31,387 bases of DNA. It comes from Octopus sinensis. Taxonomy: Eukaryota. Below, piece by piece: positions 24,371-31,387 of this stretch. The stretch is taken from NCBI RefSeq assembly GCF_006345805.1, contig NW_021832296.1:1-31387 (forward strand). The letters run 5' to 3'. Positions within the stretch are counted from its first letter, which is position 1. Each line of letters begins with the position of its first letter. The notes beneath the pieces were generated by a model. The model saw nothing but the letters and a program-made list of their open reading frames with translations, was not told the DNA's origin and made no database searches. The position numbers and the translations under genes are program-made.

Positions 24371-24579
24371 TACGAGATGCAGCACGGACTTTGTCAGTGA
24401 ACACGTCGCGGATTTTAGCGACGAAAATATTTTGACAAATTAAACTTAAATGTTGAATTGAATCGAACGGCTTTTGTGTGTTTCTTAAATGGCTTATAAA
24501 CACCTTCCACGCTGCAATTGTTTTCGTTTCAGCACACGATCTCAGATCAAATTACTTGCTATGCGAGTACATCTCCGTA
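24371..24579. mobile_element. ~209-bp element inserted in (TA)n with short imperfect terminal inversion
   Basis: Starts TACGAGATG and ends CATCTCCGTA, with TA microsatellite on both sides. It lies inside a SINE's internal microsatellite and hosts the variant HHR candidate. Confidence 0.55.
24390..24439 (+). ncRNA. Candidate minimal variant hammerhead (G3:C8 core swap)
   Basis: Stem I TTTGTCA/TGACAAA; core GTGAACA plus one extra C; stem II GTCGC-GGATTTTA-GCGAC; GAAA; palindromic AATATT stem III; TTT triplet. Confidence 0.45.
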
Positions 24580-24597
24580 ATATATATATATATATAT

Positions 24598-24793
24598 ATA
24601 TAATTAAGGGCTCCTAAATAAGGATAAATTTATCCCTTTTTTGTGTCCCTAGCACTTGGCATCCTTATTTAGGAGCCCTTAATTATATTTCTACATGAAT
24701 AATATTTTTCTATATGAATAATATTTTGTCTAATGACTAATTCGTCCTTTGTGCTGGGCCACTGGTAGTAATCTATATTATTACCCTTTTGAT

Positions 24794-24795
<2 letters not shown>
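24598..24795 (+). mobile_element. Truncated relative of the HHR family 1 element with a short inverted 5' arm
   Basis: Perfect 25-bp inverted repeat at 24601-24625/24661-24685. The tail shares motifs with the family 1 tail (GTCTA-TGACTA, CTGGGCCRCTGGTRGYAAT, ACCCT..TTGATTA). (TA)n flanks. Confidence 0.6.
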
Positions 24796-24824
<29 letters not shown>

Positions 24825-25574
24825 ATATATATATATATATTATCAACCGCATGGTTCTAGGTTCAGTCCCACTGCATGGCACCTTGGGCTTCTTACAGTT
24901 TCCGTCTACTAAATCCACTCACAAGGCTTTGGTCGGCCCAAGGCTTATAGTAGAAGACACTAGCCGAAGGTGCCACGCAGTGGAACTGAACCCGGAACCA
25001 TGTGGTTCGTAAACATGCCACTTACCACACAGCCACTCCTACGCCTAACATATGTTTATACTGCACATATATTTTTGCTTGTGTGTGTTGAGAAACATCG
25101 AGGAGGCCTGAGAGGGAGTCAGCCAGAGGAATGGAATCAGATTAGAAAGTCAATTACAACAAGCCATTTCATTGGCTTCGAGACCCTTACAAGACTGATC
25201 CCTCTTTCTGTCTCTCCTCATTCTCCCTCCCTTACACTTTGCAAATCACCGCAGTCTTAGCCTGTGGCTTGAAAAATCCTGCCACCGTTTCTTCTCTCCG
25301 AGTTATATAAACTCCATTAAGGAGTTTATATAACTCAGTAGAAAGAGGATGGTCAAAGACAGCAACGAATGCGCTACATTTATTCATTTATTTGTTTGTT
25401 TGTCCATTTGTTTTTCTTATTTATTTATTTATTTATTTATTTATATATTTATTTATTTATCTATTTTGTTATTTAATCATTTATTTTCAATTTCGTGTTG
25501 CCGTCGCTCACGTCCTAGATAAAGCCGAGTCTCCTTATTGACCAACTTATTTCATCCATACATTCACTTGACAA

Positions 25575-25607
25575 TTAGCACACACACACGCACACACACA
25601 CACACAT

Positions 25608-25644
<37 letters not shown>

Positions 25645-26350
25645 ACACATGTACACACACACACATGCACACACATGCACACACACACGCACACACACAC
25701 GCACACACACACATGCACACACACACACATGCACACACACACACACACAACACACACACACATACACACACACGTATACGGACAAACTCTCTCTCTCTCT
25801 CTCTTACTCACTCTCTATGTTTTTCCTCTCTATTTCTCCATTAAATCAAACGCTTCGAGAAATGTTATATACTCGTGATCAACTTCTGGAAAACGTACGC
25901 ACGCATATATACGCACCGATATACATACATACATACATACATACATACATACATACATACATACATACATACATACATGCATACATGCATACATACATAT
26001 ATATACAGAAACACACACACACACACACACACACGTACACACGTACACACACACACAGTACATATATTCATGTATACATACACTTATATAAAATATGGCA
26101 ACTAAACTGCTATATATATTACGTTTCTTATGCAACCTTATCGAACTCTCCTCTTAATCAACACCGCCGCCGCCACCATCACCATTACCGCCACCGTCGC
26201 CGCCGCCACCGACGCTGCCGCCACCGCTGTCGCCGCCACGCCATCGCCGCCACCACCTTCCTTCCCCATTTTTCTCGTTGTCGTCATCGTTGTGCATGGC
26301 GTTCTCATCATCATCGTCATCATAATCATTATCATCCTCACCACCACCAC
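25575..26350. repeat. (CA)n, (CATA)n and (CCG/CAT)n low-complexity block
   Basis: Read directly from sequence. Confidence 0.9.
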
Positions 26351-26727
26351 CACCATCTAGGGTAACTCCCTAGGTGCAATTCCATGGTCAGTCATGACCA
26401 AAGGAGGTAGGGTCTCCGCTCTCTATCCTTGTCACTTTAAAATATACCGATTTCTGTTTTTACCTTTACCGCATGAAAACCATAATTAATCTATGTGACA
26501 TATTAAATCTAATCATTCTAACATCGAGCACAAAATATAAGGTGGTCAGTTTGCAGAATCATAAGAAATTTGGACAAATGCATAACGGTAACAGTTCCAT
26601 ATCTTTGCTTTTTGATTTCCAATCCCTTCGTGGTCAACTTTGCTTTTAACTCTTCAGAGGACGGTAAATAATTTACTGTGATCTATTCTACTCTGGCTGT
26701 GTCTGTCTATCTGTCTGTCTGTCCATT

Positions 26728-27270
26728 GCTCTTCTTCTTCTTCTTCTTCTTCTTCTTCTTCTTCTTCTTCTTCTTCTTCTTCTTCTTCTTCTTCTTCTTC
26801 TTCTTCTTCTTCTTCTTCTTCTTCTTCATCTTCTTCCACTTCTTTCTCTATATCTTCCTCTCTCTCTTCTTCTCTCACTTCTCCTTTCTCTTCCTCTCTC
26901 TCTCTTGCTCTCTCTCTTGCTCTCTCTCTTCCTGTCTTTTCCTTCTTCTTCTTCCACTTCTTTCTCTATATCTTCCTCTCTCTCTTCTTCTCTCACTTCT
27001 CCTTTCTCTTCCTCTCTCTCTCTCTTCCTCTCTTTTCCTTCTTCTTCTTCTTCCACTTCTTTCTCTATATCTTCCTCTCTCTCTCTTCTTCTCTCTCTTC
27101 CTCTCTCTCTTCTTCTCTCACTTCTCCTTTCTCTTCCTCTCTCTCTTGCTCTCTCTCTCTCTCTTCCTCTCTTTTCCTTCTTCTTCTTCTTCCACTTCTT
27201 TCTCTCTATCTTCCTCTCTCTCTCTTCCTCTCTTTCTTTTCCTCTCTCTGTTTTTTTCTCTCTCTCTCTT
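26728..27270. repeat. (TTC)n and internally repetitive CT-rich polypyrimidine tract
   Basis: Read directly from sequence. Confidence 0.92.
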
Positions 27271-28155
27271 TTGATCTCTCAGTATGAGCTTCACTGCGCT
27301 GAGAGAGGAGGGGTGGTCACCGCAGATACCTAACAATGTACCTTTCTCCTCAGGTGATGAAAGAGGATTCAGCTAGCTCCTAGCAATCTCTTCTCATCAA
27401 ACATGCTACAAAACCCGTCCCACCCCCACAAAAACACGACCCTCATCCTCCAGAGAATATGGCAGTGCTGGACAGACCAATCCACTCAATGGCATAAAAA
27501 AAAATTAAAAGGAAAACACTAAACAACATATGGGGTTAATTCCTCGATAATTATAGCTAATTTCCTTCTTCACACCATAGCATTTCCTTTCCCACATCAA
27601 CCACATTCAGGCACGCAGTATCGTCTTTTTTTTTTATTAAATGTGTTTTTCTTATTTTTTTCCAACCGCCAGTGGTGAACATTGGTGTTGTTGTTATTTA
27701 CAAGTTCCCAACTAGACAATCCCTTGCTTGCTGCATTCTAAGGCGGCGACAGTGAAAGGGCTTTGTCTTTAATTGACTGCAGACATCTCAAAGAATCTAG
27801 TTCAAAGATTACACTTTTATTGCGTGGGGCGGCTCCTCAATGGGTAATTATATCCCTTGCCTACTTACAACGCCGAAAAATACGTGCATACACAATCATA
27901 CACGCAAACAAACATACACACATATGTGACAAGAGATATTTACAGTCCAAGAGATATTTACAGTCAGTGTTATTAGTGTGAAGTTGAGAGAACATGGGAA
28001 AGAGTAAAAAGCAATACGTTTCGGATAAAATCCGTTTTCAGTTACTAGGGAAATGTCAAAGTTCAGCAGAAAGTAGGGAAAGAAGTAAATATGAGGTAGA
28101 CACTAAGAAGAGAACCAGGAAATAATACATGTATGTACACGCATGTATACATATT

Positions 28156-28576
28156 CTCTTAATTTCTTTTATTCGTTTCAGTCATTTGAGTGTGGCCATG
28201 CTGGAGCACCGCCTTTTAATCGCAGAAATCGACCCTTGAGATATTCTTTGTTACCCTGGGGCTTATTGTACCAGTCTTTTCCGCCTAACTGCTAAGTTAT
28301 GGGGACATAAACACACCAACATCAGTTGTCATGTAATGGTGGGTGGTGGACAAACATAGACACAACGACACACACATAAATATATACATTCACACACACA
28401 CACATACACATATATATATGCGACGGACTTATTTCAGTTTCCGTCATCAAATCCACTCACAGGGCTTTGGTCGGCCCGTGGCTAATGTAGAAGACACTTA
28501 CCCAAAGTGCCACGCAGTTGGACTGAACTCGGAACCATGTGGTTAGGAAGCAAGCTTTTTACCACACAGCCACGGC
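28156..28576 (-). mobile_element. Family A SINE
   Basis: Reverse-complement similarity, including the internal (CA)/(TA) tract. Confidence 0.8.
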
Positions 28577-28921
28577 TGTACATGTATATATATATGTGTG
28601 TGTTTGTGTGTGAGTGTGTGTCCACACGTACACACACGCACGCGTGAACGTACAGACGCACACAGGCACACACATACACACACATATTTATTCTTCTAAA
28701 ACAATAATATGATTGACAAAAACTTTGAAGTTTCGGCCAGTTAAGCAAGCCATCGTAGGATTGTTTAACTGAACTAAACTTCGAAGTCACTATCAACAAT
28801 ATTCTTGTTTAAGAAGAATACATTTCTATTCTACAAAAGCAAAGCGCACCATATCAAATTAATGTAAAATTGTTTATATTATAACGGAACAGAGAAACAA
28901 ACATTCACACACACACGTACG

Positions 28922-28961
<40 letters not shown>

Positions 28962-29457
28962 ACACACACACACACCACACACACATATATATATACGATA
29001 AACTTCCATACATTTTCGCTCATTAACCATTGGTCAGCTCAAGGCTACATTGGGAAGGCGACACTAGGCCCTTGTTCCGTGTCCCAAATTTCCACGCATT
29101 AAGATCAGACCTGGAAACAGACGAATTGAAATCGAACTCCTTAATCACACGCCTCTGTTCGTAAACCATAATTAATCTATGCAACATCTGGTACAACAAA
29201 ACTAATTCTATTTTAAACGTTAAGTACATCACATAATGTTAGGTTAAATCTTGAATAATTATCGGTAATTTTCCTCTTTTCAAACTTACTTCCTTCTCTA
29301 CCACATCAAACGCGCCTCCATGCCCATCAGATAAAAGCGCTATTGTCTTATTATCCTATTTTCTATTCTCATGAGTGCTTTTAATATATTTAATGTTAGG
29401 AGATTGTTCTACAAAATTAGCGTGCAGTTTCATATAAGCGTAGGAATAACTGTGGAA

Positions 29458-30056
29458 GGCGGCGAGCTGGCAGAAACGTTAGCACGCCAGGCGAAATGCT
29501 TAGCAGTATTTCGTCTGTCGCTATGTTCTGAGTTCAAGTTCCGCCGAGGTCGACTTTGTCTTTCATCCTTTCGAGGTCGATTAAATAAGTACCAGTTACT
29601 CACTGGGGTCGATATAATCGACTTAATCCGTTTGTCTGTCCTTGTTTGTCCCTTCTGTGTTTAGCCCCTTGTGTGTAGTAAAGAAATAGGTATTTCATCT
29701 GCCGCTACGTTCTGAGTTAATTTCTGCCGAGGTCGACTTTGCCTTTCATCCTTTCGGGGTCGATTAAATAAGTACCAGTTAGTCACTGGGGTCGATATAA
29801 TCGACTTAATCCGTTTGTCTGTCCTTGTTTGTCCCTTCTGTGTTTAACCCCTTGTGTGTAGTAAAGAAATAGGTATTTCGGCTGCCGCTACGTTCTGAGT
29901 TAATTTCTGCCGAGGTCGACTTTGCCTTTCATCCTTTCGGGGTCGATTAAATAAGTACCAGTTACGCACTGGGGTCGATATAATCGACTTAATCCGTTTG
30001 TCTGTCCTTGTTTGTCCTCTTTGTATTTAGCCCCTCGTGGGTATTAAAGAAATAGG
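29458..30056 (+). mobile_element. SINE family B with 3 tandem bodies
   Basis: One head, with bodies restarting at about 29506, 29690 and 29873. Confidence 0.85.
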
Positions 30057-30172
30057 AATAACAGTGTGGTTAAGTCGCTCGCTTTGCAACTGCGTGCTTT
30101 GTGAGTAATTTGGGGAAAATGGAAACTGTGTGTAAGCCTGTTGTGTATATATGTGTATGTATATGTCTTTGT

Positions 30173-30430
30173 GTGGAGGCGTGTGGCTTAGTGGTTAGGG
30201 TGTCAGCACCATGATCGTAAGATTGAGGTTTCGTTTCCTGAACCGGGCGACGTGGTGTGTTCTTGAGCAAAACACTTCATTTCACGTTGCTCCAGTCCAC
30301 TCAGCTGGTAGAAATGAGTAACGCTGCGATGGACTGGCGTCCCGTCCAGCTGGGGAACACATACGCCATAGAAACCGGGAAACCAGGCCCATGAACCTGG
30401 CTAGGCTTTAAAAGGGCGCATTTATTTATT
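30173..30430 (+). mobile_element. tRNA-derived SINE with CORE-like segment, nested in a family A SINE microsatellite
   Basis: A box TGGCTTAGTGG; central TTCTTGAGCAAAACACTT...CAGTCCACTCAGCTG; family A pieces on both sides (about 30060-30170 and 30430-30640). Confidence 0.75.
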
Positions 30431-30887
30431 ATATGCTTTTGTGCTTGTCCCCCGCCTCAACTTGACGATCGTTGTTGGTTTGTTTACATCCCAGTAACCA
30501 AGCAGTTCCGTAAAAGAGCCCGCTAGAAAGAGTAGCAGACTTTAAAAAAAAGTACTAGGATCTATTTGATAGACCGAAGCCTCCAAGTGGTGCTCCAGCA
30601 TGGCCACAATCCAAATACGGAAACAGCATAAAAAGATATTTGCTTCAAAACCTAATCACAAAGGAAACAAAGCAAAAAAAAAAAATGGTGGAAGGGATAG
30701 TCGATTACATCTACCCAAGTATATTACTGGTACTTTTCTCTAAACGACACTTTGGAGGGATGGAAAATAAAGCTGATTTCGGAGTGACTTGAACACAATT
30801 ATATAATTGACTTTAATGTATCTAAGATGTGGGGTAACTGACGAACAATTTGATGGGTTTTAGTTTTACATTTTTACTATTTAAATT

Positions 30888-31265
30888 GGTGCAGGCGTGG
30901 CTGTGTGGGTAAGAAGTTTACTTCCCAATCACACGGTCCCGGTTTCAGTCCCATTGCGTAGTTCCTTGAGCGAATGTCATATACCGTATCTTCGGGCCAA
31001 ACAAAGCGTTTGAGTGGATTTGGTAGACGGAAACTGAAACAAGCTCGTCGTATATATATATATATATATATTTAAATTGGTGTATGTGTGTGTTTTTCCG
31101 TACCACCGCTTGTCAACCGGTGTTGGTGTGTTTACGTCCCTGCAACTTAGCGGTTCGGCAAAAGAGTGCACTAGAATGAATACCACGCTTAAAAACAAGG
31201 AAAATGTACTGGGGTCGATCCATTCGACTAAAAAAATTATTATACACAGGGCCCCAAGTAAAAGA
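30888..31265 (+). mobile_element. Family A SINE
   Basis: Head, CORE-like segment, internal (TA)n and 3' half. Confidence 0.8.
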
Positions 31266-31387
31266 CGAAAGAAACTGTTGAGCGGCAGTGGGTCAGTTAC
31301 AACAACATTAGACTGGTGATCGGTAAGCTCACGACTTGTTTTGCTGAGGGTTTAGTTATTGGTTCTGTGAAGGCGCATGGCTCAGTG

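Larger units (their letters stand above)
24055..25047 (-). mobile_element. Family A SINE with several insertions in its internal microsatellite
   Basis: 3' half at 24055-24260 and head at about 24895-25047. A second partial head on the plus strand lies at about 24845-24890. Confidence 0.8.

Noticed and set aside
24601-24685. TTAA-GG...CC-TTAA palindrome read as a Kolobok-type MITE
   Set aside because: The sequence beyond the second arm is homologous to the family 1 tail, so an inverted truncated retro-insertion fits better.
27283-27500. Possible exon after the long polypyrimidine tract
   Set aside because: Frames close quickly, no convincing donor, and the tract is a microsatellite.
29023-29232. 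69-aa minus-strand ORF with an internal acceptor-like site
   Set aside because: Weak donor and no recognisable domain.

Overview
AT-rich eukaryotic DNA dominated by microsatellites and retroposons, with no supportable host protein-coding gene. Most supplied ORFs are translations of simple repeats. The tRNA-derived SINEs and repeat landscape suggest a cephalopod, probably Octopus (inference). The window holds many copies of three SINE families, decayed fragments of three non-LTR clades (R4/Dong-like, HERO-like, Tx1/L1-like) and a hAT MITE. The main result is a set of non-coding elements inserted in (TA)n tracts that carry type I hammerhead ribozymes (HHRs). Seven canonical-core HHR motifs fall into three sequence-distinct families: 525-587 (-); 18167-18272 (-) plus three tandem copies at 18626-19714 (+); and two copies at 22642-23207 (+). 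All use a GUA cleavage triplet, a self-complementary stem III and an enlarged stem II. One further candidate at 24390-24439 has a variant core (G3:C8). Four TA-embedded insertions share a layout of 5' inverted arm, body, conserved tail and (TA)n, which recalls Penelope pseudo-LTRs and retrozymes. All folds were derived by eye and have not been tested for activity.
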